Positions 46,975 through 60,309 of a DNA stretch of 64,000 nt are shown one piece after another (within the stretch, counting starts at the first letter, position 1; each line of letters starts with the position of its first letter). The notes beneath the pieces are model-generated. The model was not told where the DNA came from and searched no databases. It worked only from the letters and a program-made list of their open reading frames with translations. Location: positions 1,399,996 through 1,463,995 of the forward strand of contig NW_019217790.1 of the NCBI RefSeq assembly GCF_002571385.2, written 5' to 3'. The position numbers were made by a program, and so were the translations under genes. The DNA is from Stylophora pistillata. Lineage: Eukaryota.

Positions 46975-49900
46975 ATGAGATTTTTGTTTAAAACGCTTTG
47001 GGTTATGTTTCGTTGTACCACAGTTTTTGCTTTGCTATGTGCAAAAGTTACCGGGTCTTCTGCCCAACCAATGGGAAATCATTGTGTCAGCCTTAAGGAG
47101 ACCCCTTTTGAAATGTGTATGAACGCCGGCTATGACAAAACTGTACCATTCCAAGACGATTTAACGGGGGCAGAGCAACAAGAGGTGGCAAGGGAATTTA
47201 CAGAAATACTTCAGTCAACGAAGAACTGTTCGTCCAACGGTGTCGCAGAACTCATCGAGTGTTCTTTAGTCGTTCCTAAGTGCAACGACTTTGGTGAGCC
47301 TGTGTACCCATGTAGACAGGTTTGCGCTGAATATCTGAGGCGATGTGAGCATCAATTATCCAAACACGCATTGGATTATCTAATCCCTTTGTGCCTCCTC
47401 CTTTCAAAGGGCTGTGATGGTTGTGAGCCGTGTTTTCGACCTTCCAACTTCACTGCGAACGAAACTGCGTCGGGTAAGTGACCTACCTTTCGCTCTGACG
47501 AAGGGCTAACGCTCGAAATGTCAGCTTTTTTATTCGTTACAGTGGCCAATTTACAATTTCAACCTAGTTGATATAACCAACTGAATTATCTCGTTACCCC
47601 CACCGACGTAGCACCACAGTTTCTTTAGAAACTTTCAGTCTTTATTAAGTGGCCCACCGTTTTGTTTCTGTTTGGTCTTGAGTTTTTTTGCATGAAATTG
47701 TTGGATTTTTTGCGAAACACGAAGCTAGGCATAAAAAATTCTCTGGCCAGTTTATAAGCACTGGCTTTTAACAAAATGAAACACGGGAGAAAATATTATT
47801 AACAATATTAAATCGCGACAATTGAACTCCTATTTATAAGGTCTGATATACTGACAACATCACTGCAAGAACTCGGATAGCTCTGCTGTGTACGAACCCA
47901 AAAGCAAAATGTCAAAATAATGATGTTAAAATGTAAAATTGTTTTTTTTTAGGCGGCCGACAAATAGTGCAACGGGTCATTCGTGGGGAGTTTATCAACA
48001 TGCGTGCAAAACACGGGTTAAGATGAAATATCATGTCTTTTGTTGATTCCAGCCAGACCGTTTAATATATGAAGTCAAGTATTCACCTGGCCGTGAGTCA
48101 ATTGCGCATGAACATAAGAACTGTACTTACACTGAGCACTGTTGATATAGCACCTCCATTCGATCCTTGAACGTTTTTGCAGGATAAAAATCGGTGATCC
48201 TGTATGACTCCATCTGCTCTACGTGGTCTACAATGGAGTTCACTAAGGGCTGATAGTTTCTCAAGAAACTGTTTGGGGCTGCGTCAGTGGGGGTAACGAA
48301 ATAATTTGAATATATCAACAAAGTTGAAATGGTAAATTGGCCACCGTTACGATTATAAAGTTCACTAAGCATATCCGTTTAGCAGGCACAAGTCTTTGCA
48401 AGAGAAAGTAATGACCCGTTATTTTCTTTAGGCCTTTAGCGTTGCCTGCAGCGTCCTATGGCTGAACTTGTTCCCACGCCTCATTAGTTTACCCGATAGT
48501 TACAAGTGAATTCCCGTACATGCGCAGTTTTTGAATGAGGTGTCATTTCCCTTTGAGAAGAAGTGGTAACCGATTCATCCCTTCTGCCTCAATCATTTTT
48601 TGTCAGTTGGATGTTAAGGTTCGTTTTTCTGCAAAACTTAACCAAACACGAGTTAGGAAGTAGATCTGCCTTTAATTTCCACCTTCAATATTTTTTTTAA
48701 CAGGCCCGCTGGATCGAGGTTGCCAAGAGCTCATCTTCCCCGCATGTAAAAGTTTGGGCGCATACGATAACACTTTGATCTCAATCTCTATGCAGAAGGA
48801 GTTATACTCGTGGTTTTTTAACAAAGAATATAACATAAACAACACTGAAACAAAATTTCCTGCGGCTGTTCAAAAATTATTGGACCAATACCCCAAATGC
48901 CAGGAAAACATCAAGAAGTTGTTCTGTGGCGAACATTTTCCGCCTTGTTTCCCAGATGAAAGTCCACGGGTGTATAGTCTGTGTCAACCTCTCTGTGATC
49001 AAATTGCTACAGACTGCCCAGGGTTCTTCAGGCAAGTCTGTAGAGTTATTAATTTTTTTTTTCAAGATTAACAAGCAGGAGAGGGCAAAGATGAGGGGGA
49101 AAGAGTTCCTTATTTTAGTGGACCAGAGATGGCGCTGCGGTGAAACTCAGCGGTGTCNNNNNNNNNNNNNNNNNNNNNNNNNNNNNNNNNNNNNNNNNNN
49201 NNNNNNNNNNNNNNNNNNNNNNNNNNNNNNNNNNNNNNNNNNNNNNNNNNNNNNNNNNNNNNNNNNNNNNNNNNNNNNNNNNNNNNNNNNNNNNNNNNNN
49301 NNNNNNNNNNNNNNNNNNNNNNNNNNNNNNNNNNNNNNNNNNNCACCACCACCACCACTACCACTACGGTGGTGACTAAGATTCGATTCTTGAATCGGTT
49401 ATAATCATGTTTGAGCAAAGAGCAACACGAACTGTAAAAAGAGAATGAGAAGAGCCAGTTCCTTAATATCACATGATAACTCTAATTCGATTAACTATGA
49501 TTTGCTTGATGAGTGCGTTAGCTCAATATCAACTCACTCTGTCTATTTTGTCCCACACATCATTTCGCAGGCACGAGATTAACAGTCTTTACAATTAATT
49601 ACCTCACAAGAGAAAGTAAGGAGTCAGAAATGATCAAATTTGGGTCGGTACAATTGAGTATCTGTTGTTTTATTTGTTGTCGCAGCCAGGATTTGATAGC
49701 CTCAGAGTACTGCAGCTCAAAGGCAAGAGCACATTCTAAACATGGATACTGTCAAAGCACAAAATGGCCAACTTCATTCGAATGGTTCCATCGTAAAGGT
49801 AAGGTTATTGAACCCAACAAATAACCCACTGACTGACCCTCCGACCAAGAGACTGAAAAGAACAACGAAGTGACTGATTACAGTCAACAACAGTCACTCC

Positions 49901-50537
49901 GTCTGTCTCTCTCTTACCCATACAGTCTGTCAGTCAGTTCATCAGTCAGTCCATTTCCAAGTCTGTCAGCTAGCCAGCCAGTCAGTTCATTAGCTAGTCC
50001 ATTTCCAAGTCTGTCAGTCTGTTTGTCAGCTAGCCAGCCAGTCATTTCGAAATTCATCAACCAGTCCATTTCCAAGTCTGTCTTTCTGTCAGCTAGCCAG
50101 CTAGTCAGTTCATCAGTCAGTCCGTTTACAGATCTTTTAATCAGATCTTTTAATCAGTCAGTCTGTCAGCTGGACAGCCACTCAGTACACCATCATTCTG
50201 TCAGCTAACCAGCCAGTCACTCAGTGCGTCAATCAGTCTGTCCATGTGTCTCTACATTTGTGGGTGTGTCCCTCTTCCTTTCCTCTAAACTGATCTTAAT
50301 TTTCCCGATCAATTATTTCTAGCTGCAACAAAATCTCCGAGTCTGATCCTCGAGAGCCATATGCATCATGGTATCAAAGTGTGGCAGATTTTCATAGCCG
50401 TTTTTATTCCTACACTAGCTGTTGGGCTTGCTGTAGCAGTGGCGATATGGATGAAGAAGAGAAGTTCTCGACATTTAGCAGCTTACATCAAACATTATGA
50501 AAGAGACGCTGATGATACCTTTCCCTTGGACACGTGA
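46975..50537 (+). CDS. Double Frizzled-CRD single-pass membrane protein, gene E; exons 46975-47473, 48704-49031, 49686-49798, 50323-50537
   Basis: Signal peptide; CRD1 ..CSLVVPKC..PVYPCRQVCAEYLRRC; CRD2 PLDRGCQELIFPAC...GYCQSTKWP. The last exon (absent from the ORF track) reads ATKSPSLILESHMHHGIKVWQIFIAVFIPTLAVGLAVAVAIWMKKRSSRHLAAYIKHYERDADDTFPLDT*. Intron 2 has a GC donor and contains an N-gap. Confidence 0.85.
47490..47633 (+). mobile_element. Short dispersed repeat carrying a minimal hammerhead-like motif; copies at ~34351-34445 (+), ~48254-48360 (-, partial) and ~53459-53605 (-)
   Basis: gct-CTGACGA-a-GGGC-taac-GCTC-GAAA-tg-TC-agc followed by a shared body ttattcgttac.gtggccaatttac..tttcaac. 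Confidence 0.65.
49885..50245. repeat. Degenerate (CAGT/CAGC)n simple repeat in gene E intron 3
   Basis: Recurring cagtc, ctgtcag and agccagcc units; explains the spurious Ser-rich ORF 49870-50208. Confidence 0.75.
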
Positions 50538-51715
50538 CTGTTAGAACATTTGGTTGAACGAGAGGGAGGGGGGAGTGGGGAGGTGAACTGGAAATTATAC
50601 ACACTTAACGACGTTATCTTTATTTTATGGTGCAAAAGTACATGTAATTAATCATTCTGTACATCAGGCGACCGATGTTTATCTGAGTGTAACGAGACGT
50701 TATCAAAGTTGCAAAAATTAAAAGTGGACTCCCTCTGTGGTCGTGCTTTGAAATTTTCGGCTAAAACTGAGATATTTGCATGAAACAGTTCAACTCTCTC
50801 AGAAAGGAGGGGGGCAGTGCGTTCTATTAGAAACGGCAAAATTGTAGATAGAATCATCTAAAACCACAAAACCGCAAAAAAATGCCATCAAAACCGAAAA
50901 CCGCACGCAAAACTGATAAATTTTCACATCTAAGTTATCAAAACTCTAATCGATCCGATACAGTGGAGATGAGCCAGCATACAGAGGTTTCGCGGCTATC
51001 CGAGATCAGGGGAGCTGCATAATTGCCGCTCAGATCGAAGAGAGACGAGAAAAATTGGGACCCAAATAGGAAAAACCGAAAACCATATCTCATACCAGAT
51101 CCGAAAACCCGTTAGTATCTTTGATGAAAACCGAAAACCAAATGGAAAATCTGAAAACAGTAATGAACACCAAAACTGAAGATTTTTGGCGCAATAACCG
51201 CCGAAAATTGATCTTAAAAAATTGCCAAAACCGTAAAACCGAAAATCCCAATGCCCGAATCCGTGCTCCTCCCGTTAACCAGTCCTAGTGACCCAGATCT
51301 CGTTTACCCTTAGAAGAGACATCCTCTTTCCCTTTCCACCGCTTAGACCCCTATTTCCGATTTTTAGAAAAATACCAAGTGTCATAATAATTATTGTGTT
51401 TAATTAAAGTGCCCACTTTTGAACCCTTTTGATACGATTGAGATTCGCATGTTTTAGTCTACAAAGCATTGGCTTAGGCTCTGGGAAAAACCGAAAAACC
51501 GATTCGTTAAAATCAAAACTTGAACTTACACCTCATCCTCGCCTAAACCAGGATGTCCTAAACAAGAATGATCCTACTTGCCAAGCAAGGTTTCAAAAAT
51601 GTCGCGCGATGACTTCCGAGCGAAAATTGTTACAAAACAAAATCCTCAAACATGACGCTTTCGACATTGCCGATCCTGATAGTATACAGGACGCGGGTCA
51701 TATATGAACCGTCTT

Positions 51716-51886
51716 CCGGTTAGCTCAATGGATAGAGCGCTGGACTGTTGTGCGGGAGGTCGAGGGTTCGAGCCCCGGCCGGACCAACACTCAAGGTCTT
51801 AAAATAATTGAGAAGAATATGCTACCTTTCTATAACATCAAGAAATGGTTAGATATTCTAGTCTTCTCGGATAGGGACGAATAAAT
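51716..51886 (+). mobile_element. tRNA-derived SINE
   Basis: A box TAGCTCAATGG and B box GGTTCGAGCCC, then a non-tRNA body ggaccaacactcaaggtcttaaaataattgagaag; ends at an N-gap. Confidence 0.75.
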
Positions 51887-52790
51887 GGAGNNNNNNNNNN
51901 NNNNNNNNNNNNAAAGTAAATTAATAAATAAATAAGAATATTGATGATTAAAAATCAATGGCAAGTTCACAACTTAAATAATTTAATACGAATTTTTTCT
52001 CTGAGGGTCCCAAAAAAAAAACCCTTACCGGCACTGTTCATGGAGATGCACGTATTAGAATTTAAAAAAGGTCTGCATCAGGCCAGTAGCCCATACAGCC
52101 TAAGCGACGAAATATTTCTACTCTGACCCTTCCCCCTGGATGGGATGCTAGTCCATCACATGGTTACTCCCCGTTTTAAATTCGCCTCCACCCATTTCAA
52201 TACACACCTGTAGGATGTCTAGGGCACCATGACCATTAGGCCGCCGCTCTTTTCCAGCCGGAATCATTGCAGAAGATTAAACAAATGCAACATTTCCAAT
52301 CAGTTTAATAGTTCAATTGTAAAAAGCTCCAAACTATTACAAATTAATATTCTACCTTAAATAATTATCAACCACACATTGGGAGCTATCAAAGCAGCTA
52401 CCATTAAGACCAACCGTCTACAGTTAAAATTGAGAGATCATCAGTTACTCAACACCTTTTCGTGTTTATCATATATACCTTGAATATATACCTTTGATTA
52501 TAAACCTTGTACTGATGGATTCTTCTAAACGTTTTAATGAAATCAGACAGATATATATTGCTACTAATTAAATACTCAAGCCATAGGAAAAGAGAAAATA
52601 GTTTGATGGCTCAATGGAAATATTGGACAGAGCAGGACCATGACTTCTCTTAGCATACCCATCCCATCCACTTGCTGGCATTTCATACACACTTTTATAG
52701 TTAATTTTCCTTTTCAAAAACTTCAGACCGGAAATCAAGTAAGTTGGTAATATTTTTCTAATCAATTAGCTATTATCATAACTGTCTCAG

Positions 52791-53155
52791 GAGAATGTTC
52801 CTGATCATAGCCACCACCACATCAAGTGCTGGTTATAGTCCAAGACACCAAAAAATGTGACTGCCCTGCAAAGTTTCAGGTGAGAAAGATAATAAAATAT
52901 CCACATAACAAGGTCAGTACATCTAGATGGATACCTTTCTCAGTCAATATAATTTTTTTTTAGATAAATTCTACCAAGAAACTAATTCACAAAATTTTCC
53001 AGATTTCAGATAACACTAAAAGTAACAAGGAAAGCATGTCAAAAGTAATTAGGAAATCACTTTCTGAAGAGAGCCAAGCACCAGTTAAATTGGAACCCTG
53101 TGTGTATATTTCTCTTCCTAAACCTGAGGATCACTCTTTTCACCTTATGGGAAAG
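52791..53155 (+). pseudogene. Two orphan exons (52791-52912, 53003-53155) resembling the CARF/ALS2CR8-like domain; frameshifted
   Basis: ag/gt-bounded exons encode ..IVQDTKKCDCPAKFQVRKIIKYPHNK|ISDNTK...VYISLPKPEDHSFH, recalling CARF CPA..IKKV.KFP.Y...YVQLP...AH..H (from memory). The first exon is 122 nt, one short of frame. Confidence 0.5.
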
Positions 53156-55340
53156 GTGAATATTTTCAGCTTCCATTTGTCTCTTAGTACAGCGGTACAT
53201 ATGAATTTGGATAGTGCACAGTAGTAGATGTTTTGTGAAGCTTGAGGAACTTTTATTTTGTCAAAGGCATCTATAGGAAGGTTGGATTGAGGAGAAGCTT
53301 AATAAAAAGGGGACTTATTGAAAGGTGAAACAGAGTTCAGAACTTGAATTAAAAAGTATCTTAAAGCTAACCCTTCTCATCAAAATTGTTCCCAAAATTG
53401 CATGCTAGCCTAAGGTTAATGCTCTCTTGAAACTGAAATCTTATCTGTAAAGGCTGATAGTTTCGAAAGAAACTGTTTGGGGCTGTGTCGGTGGGGGTAA
53501 CGAAATAATTTGGATATATCAACAAAGTTGAAATGGTAAATTGGCCACTGTAACGATTACAAAAGCTGATGTTTCGAGTGTTCGCCCTTCATCGCAGCGA
53601 ATAGAGGAATTGTGGGTTGTGTGTGCTTTTAAAGGCAGAAAATGGAGCTATGTTNNNNNNNNNNNNNNNNNNNNNNNNNNNNNNNNNNNNNNNNNNNNNN
53701 NNNNNNNNNNNNNNNNNNNNNNNNNNNNNNNNNNNNNNNNNNNNNNNNNNNNNNNNNNNNNNNNNNNNNNNNNNNNNNNNNNNNNNNNNNNNNNNNNNNN
53801 NNNNNNNNNNNNNNNNNNNNNNNNNNNNNNNNNNNNNNNNNNNNNNNNNNNNNNNNNNNNNNNNNNNNNNNNNNNNNNNNNNNNNNNNNNNNNNNNNNNN
53901 NNNNNNNNNNNNNNNNNNNNNNNNNNNNNNNNNNNNNNNNNNNNNNNNNNNNNNNNNNNNNNNNNNNNNNNNNNNNNNNNNNNNNNNNNNNNNNNNNNNN
54001 NNNNNNNNNNNNNNNNNNNNNNNNNNNNNNNNNNNNNNNNNNNNNNNNNNNNNNNNNNNNNNNNNNNNNNNNNNNNNNNNNNNNNNNNNNNNNNNNNNNN
54101 NNNNNNNNNNNNNNNNNNNNNNNNNNNNNNNNNNNNNNNNNNNNNNNNNNNNNNNNNNNNNNNNNNNNNNNNNNNNNNNNNNNNNNNNNNNNNNNNNNNN
54201 NNNNNNNNNNNNNNNNNNNNNNNNNNNNNNNNNNNNNNNNNNNNNNNNNNNNNNNNNNNNNNNNNNNNNNNNNNNNNNNNNNNNNNNNNNNNNNNNNNNN
54301 NNNNNNNNNNNNNNNNNNNNNNNNNNNNNNNNNNNNNNAGTGTTCTCCATGCCTTACAAATTCAATGTCAGACAACATTAAATTGAGTCTCCTAATAATA
54401 ATAATAAAACGTATGATACACGATCCTCGCAGTAGAGAGCGCTATTTATGCAATTGCGAAAATTAACTTTACGGCCTGCTCCCAGTTGGCTTGTTAGCTC
54501 AATTGGTAGAGCGCTGCACTAGAATCGCAGAGGTCAGTGGTTCGAATCCCGTACAGGGCTGATTTTTTTTCAGGTCTGATTTTCGCTATTGCATAAATAG
54601 CGCTCTCTACTGCAAGGATCTTGCATCATACGTATTATTATTATTATTATGGAAAAGGAAAACATAGAAATTGATGTAATCCAAATTTAGGAAAATGATC
54701 AAAAAATAGTCTTCTCCTTGTCCACCAGACAAAGTGGCAGAGTGACCTCCTTGGCAAATACGGAGGAGGAATTTGATCGCTCGATGCTACCTACAAGACA
54801 TCCCGCTACGCCCTTCCTCTATTCTTCCGTTATTTTTACCTTTAAACAAGATAACTTGTCATTAAAGTACATACTTATCAGCAAAATGTTGTCTTCTCCT
54901 CTTACCTTCCATCACTGAAACCTGGTTTTGGTCGATGTTAGATAGTATTTAGTGGCGTGTCGACACTAAATATCATCGACCGAAACGAGCCTCAGCTAAG
55001 TTCCTCGGAACGACCATAAGCCACGTAATTCGGCGCAATACTGCTGAATCTATTGTATATTTAACAGTTTTTAGCAATATAAACTGTTAATGTCAAAAAT
55101 TTACCCTTTTAATTTTAAACTCAAATCAACATTCTCGCTGCGATCAATCAAATGAGCGGAAGTCGAGGTTTCATTTTGTAAGACGCCGCTGACATATCGA
55201 TGACTCATCTGGTTTAGGTCGATGTTGTGAATATCAGCCTGCGTTGTCATCTGGTGTCAACAAGCAGCAGGAATGCGGTATTAAATTACGACCAAGCAAA
55301 ACAATTTTGACGTGAAGAAAGAACTCTAGCATCACATATT

Positions 55341-58300
55341 ATGCCTGTTTATTCAACAGAATTACCAAGCTGCTTTTTTATCAAGATCAGAGCGCTGTTA
55401 ATATGCAGCTTGGGTGTTCTAACCGTTGTTCACGGTGAATCGATAGAAGGCAAATGCGTTAGCCTTTCGAATGGACATTTCGATTTCTGCACAAAAGGTG
55501 GATACAACAGCACGCTATCATTTCCCAAGGAATTCACAGCGGAGCGTCAGGCCCAAATGGCCGAATTTTTAATGTTCATCATAGAGCAATGGAGAAATTG
55601 CACAACTACTAGTCTGGCAACAGCTATGGAATGTTCGTTTTTCCTGCCCAAGTGCAGTTCGGAGGGAACACGCGTCTATCCGTGCAGGCGAGTCTGTGGA
55701 GAGCTGTTGAAGCAGTGTCAGAAAGACACAGGCGAATTCCGGGAGCTCTACATGGACTTGTTTCTAGCCTCGTGTTTAATTCTGCCAAATGAAACAGCGA
55801 GCAGTGAGAAATGCTTCGAGCCACCTGGCTTCAGTCCAAATAACAACGTATCGAGTAAGTTTGTGGAGTCTATTAATTGTTTTTTTAGTCACCAAAACAA
55901 ACCCTGTTCCAGACATTGAAAGCAACAACGCAATCGTACTGGCGAGATACGATAGAATGGGAAAACAGTTTTCCTTCTTTTTCCTAACTTTTCTGCGCGT
56001 TTTCATGTGTCATTTGATCACCGGGACCAAGCTGCTTTTTTTTTGTTACTACCTCTCAGAGGTAGAATATGGGGGAGTGGGACCGGTTCTGCTAATACCT
56101 GACTGAGGAAGGGAGGGAGGGAAGGATATTGTCACGCAAATCGCGTTGTGAGTATTATCAAGTTCAAGGCGGTGAGTCTTTACTCATTAGTGCAATCCTT
56201 ATAGGCATGAGGAAAACTTGTTGAAGACCGCCTTGATGAAGACTGCCTTGATGAAGACTGCCTTGATGAAGACGGCGTTTCACAAGCATTTGCATTTATC
56301 CTAGGCTTTTTCTTATCGGTTCCTTGTTATGTTTCCTTTATTTTGATTGGTTGCTGATCGCTCATGATCATTGTTATGTTTCTCAGTCGAAATGTGATTT
56401 GAAAGTCTTTTGTTTTATTTTTTCGTTTTTCTTTCCTTTAACTGTAGGCCCTCTTGATCGCGGCTGTCAAAACTTGATCTTTCCCGCCTGTAAAAACCTG
56501 GGTTTATACAATCACACCATCTTTACAGAGTCAGTCCAGAAGAAGCTTTACTATCTTTTTTACAACAAGACATACGGCGACGGGCAACTGTTAGATCAAG
56601 GTTTTCCCATGGTCCTTGAAATGCAGGTGGCAAAGTATCCGAAATGCGCGACAAACATAAAAAAATTATATTGTGGAGACCTGTTCCCTCCATGTTTTCC
56701 AGAGGAAGGGAGTCCCACATTTAAAACCTTGTGCAGATCGGTTTGTAATGATATTCAAAGGGAATGTCCAGATTATTTCGGGTAAGAGTATATCTTAGAA
56801 GTATTCAGATTGTGTCTTGCTCGTTGGCAATTAGCGATCGGTACTACTAGTATGTGTAAAGGCGAAGCGTTATCCAAAAGGTTGGAGCGCTGAATTCTGT
56901 ATCGAGAGATCCGAGATGAAACGACGGTAAGTTCAAAGTGTTATGTCTTGGATGACATTGCCTCTAACCACCCAAGACCATAATGGTTACCAGCGAACTG
57001 TTTTAAAGGTCCCNNNNNNNNNNNTCCTCCTCCTCCTCCTCCCTCTCCCCCCCTCGTTGACAATTAATTTTCTATAGCCTCCCTTTTATACTTTGTTGGC
57101 GATGACTGATGCCCCGTCCGTTCCCCCCTGCAAAACAGTGTGATCTTTAAAAAAAAAAAAATCCTTCCCTACCCTCCCCTCCCCTAGATAGAGACTGATC
57201 TCTTCTCTTTTTTTTTGTATGTGTTTTTTTGTATTTGTTTTATTTATCAAAGTAAAGCTTAATCGCAATTGCGTCTGCGCTTTCCTTTTAGAGAAAATTA
57301 CTTGAGTGCGGAAATGTGTGCTCTCTTTGCACCGGGGAACACGAGTCATGGCTTTTGTGATCGCACAGAATGGCCTGAACCGTTTTTCTGGCTGACATAT
57401 TTGGGGGAAGGTGAGCCCTTACTAAACCTTTACGTCCTAACATCAGTATTCATATTCTCCATACTGTTCTCTTTACATTAATTGCCTAAGATGCGGACAA
57501 GGAAAATTTGTGTAACAATCAAGAACTACTTAAGTTTGTGATCTTTTCCTTTGTGTAATTTTCGGATGATAAGAGATGCTAGCGACTCTTAGTGGTAAAA
57601 GGGTTTTCCTGTGTCTTGCTTTTTTGGCCTATGAAACATTGCGCTAATCAAATTGAAGCAATTTAGTAAGGATTATCTCAATAGAAACCTGGATATAGGT
57701 TATATTACAGAATAAACGAGACTTACTTTGTTGAAGAACATTCCCACGGTTTCAGGCTTGCGCAGTAAGTGGTGAAGCGAGAAGAGGTTTCACTCAAAGT
57801 TCTGCCTTGATTTTTGTCGAGCGCTCAAAAGACTACCTGTTACCGTGACGATGGCTAGCTCAGTAAAGAACTGGAACAAAAAGTCAATGCTTCGTATGCA
57901 TAAGATTCTCAGACATATAAGACATATAATCATCATTGGACAGTTCATATAACGGAGTCAAAGATCATTCGATTTGTCGTGACTTCAATACCATACCCTG
58001 AACAAAGAAGTAGTCCTCAAAATTGCCACGATTTCTCTGAAAGTTAATGTTGCATAGCATAAAAAAAAGAAATCAAGTCGGGTAACAAAAACGTCTCTGG
58101 TCATCATGTCTATCATCGAAACTGGCAATTATCTAAACTCTCAGGAGTGACAAAGAAGTTATATCTCCTTTGAATATGAAACGTGGGCGCGTAGCCAGCT
58201 TTTCGACTTGTTCCAGGCATTTTAAGAGATCTGTAAGCGTGCTAACCCAGCGCTTTAACATTACGAGATTTATTCTTGCTGCTTCTTTGTCGTTTTTGAA

Positions 58301-58719
58301 CTCGAAAATATATATGTCTTGATAAATATATCATGAAAGTCACGCAACGGCAAAAAAATTGTCAGCCTACGGGGCTACAGGCTGATCACGCCCCTATGAA
58401 ATTTGATTCAACATCAAACTCTCAGATCCAATATAATAAGAAATTTGTAGCAGACAGTAAAGGGAACTACTATTGACATATTGGGAGTGAAGGGGCTAAT
58501 CAACGGATGAATCGTTTCACAGATTTCAACACGGAACCACCATCAGTGGAACCAACCGATGAAGGACCTAAAGGGTGGGTCATTGCCGTGGCGGTCTTGA
58601 CATCCCTCATTATTGTTGCACTCGGACTGGCTGGGCTCATCTGGTGGAAGTGGCGTGGAATCGCTCCTGCTAGCTGGCTAGGTTACAAGAAACAACAAGA
58701 TTTTACAAACGAAGAGTAG
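55341..58719 (+). CDS. Double Frizzled-CRD single-pass membrane protein, gene F; exons 55341-55854, 56448-56781, 57292-57410, 58523-58719
   Basis: Signal ..RALLICSLGVLTVVHG; CRD1 GYNST..CSFFLPKC..RVYPCRRVCGELLKQC..CFEPPGF; CRD2 PLDRGCQNLIFPAC...GFCDRTEWP; TM WVIAVAVLTSLIIVALGLAGLIWW; tail LGYKKQ. Intron phases 1, 2, 1. Confidence 0.88.
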
Positions 58720-60309
58720 GAAAAAATTTTTCAAACACTTGATAGATTTTTGCCACATCAAAGTCCATAAAAGTTACTTTCTGGACGCCTGAAAGAATCT
58801 GTTATGTTACTTTCCCAGACGCCCGGAGGAATTTGGTGTGTCAAAGGGCGGATTCAGAGAGTTGCCCCGGTCTTTTTTTTTTTTAGACTTGTTTTGTAAT
58901 TACAGTTCTTTTGATTTATGCTCTTTTTCTAGACTTGTTTTTTAATTACAGTTCTTTTGATTTATGCTCTTTTTCTGTAATAGGTTTTTTTTTTATGAGG
59001 TTTGAGTTTCTTTGCTTTTATCAAAATATCCCAAGTTATTCCTTCTAGAACGCCCGCGATCTTATCGAGCCCCTTAATATAGTGTTGGTGCCTTGTAAAG
59101 GATAAGAAATGGTCGCGGTTATGTGTTTATCGCACCGTATGACTGCAATGAAATATTTCTCAAAGTACTCTCGGTTTTGTGGAGTAGATAGAACACCATC
59201 CATGACAGGATCGTGTAACAGAAAACTTAAAGACCACTAAATCAGGCTCGCATGTATTTCTCATGCCATTAAAATCCTCTGTTAAGGTAAAAATATTGGA
59301 GGGGGACGAGTCGCAGTAGCCAAGTTAAGTGTCCCAAAGCTTGCGACGCTCATATCTGGTTCCTGTTACATGACGCAACAAAGATTTTGAATACCCCATG
59401 AAGGTGAAATACTGGTCCATCGCTGGTTAACTTAGCCACGCATGTATAATGTTGTACGTGGGGAGGCACGGTGAGAATCGAGTTTCTTCCTCAAGAACAC
59501 AGCCCTGATGGTAATTCAGTCACAGCACGAACTTGGTCCTTTCGATACAGACTGCTTATCACTGTGTCCATAGAATACATGAAAGGGCCTGTGCTTTATA
59601 CTCCACATCCTAGAATCGTGAAACGTATACGTAGATATCTTTGCTTTGCAAAGGCTACACATTCTAGTCAGTTCTCAAAGTTGGTCCAATCTGAGGTTGG
59701 AACATGATCCCTCGTCTTAGAGTGTACCGCCGCTCTATCAATATGCTGAACCGAACGATCAAGCTGCGACTTTCTATTTCCATTATGACTTCGTTTGAAT
59801 TTTATGAAGTAGGACATCACCAAAAACATCTTTCACAACAAGTGTTGTATTTGAGAAATGACTACGTTTGAAATTTAATTTAGACGACGTAGACTTTACT
59901 TCATAATTTCTGCCTGAAGTACAAAACTTTCTGGACTTACGAATAAAATAAACCGCAACACGTACAGCAATATCAACAAATGTTAAAGACAAAATTACTT
60001 TCACGACAACCAACATAACTAACAACGCAACAGAGTAGAAAAAAATGTCCTTTCTGAGAGTGACCTTCGAAGAACTTATCAATTAATACTTCTTCGTTCC
60101 CTTTTTACGAAAACTAAATCTTGCTTTACCTAGTCAAACTTACGAAAAGCTTGGGAATTTATTTCCTTCTTTGTCAAGCTGTCACGAAGACCACTACTAA
60201 CTTGCGTTGGTTTTCATGAAATACCATGTTATTTTGGTGGAGTCACCAATACAGAAAAACGCATCGGCTGCAAGTTAAAAAAGACTCGTATCTCAGTTGT
60301 TCTGCTCCT

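Noticed and set aside
48926-54466. Long ORFs containing X runs
   Set aside because: Artefacts of N-gaps at 49158-49343 and 53655-54338.
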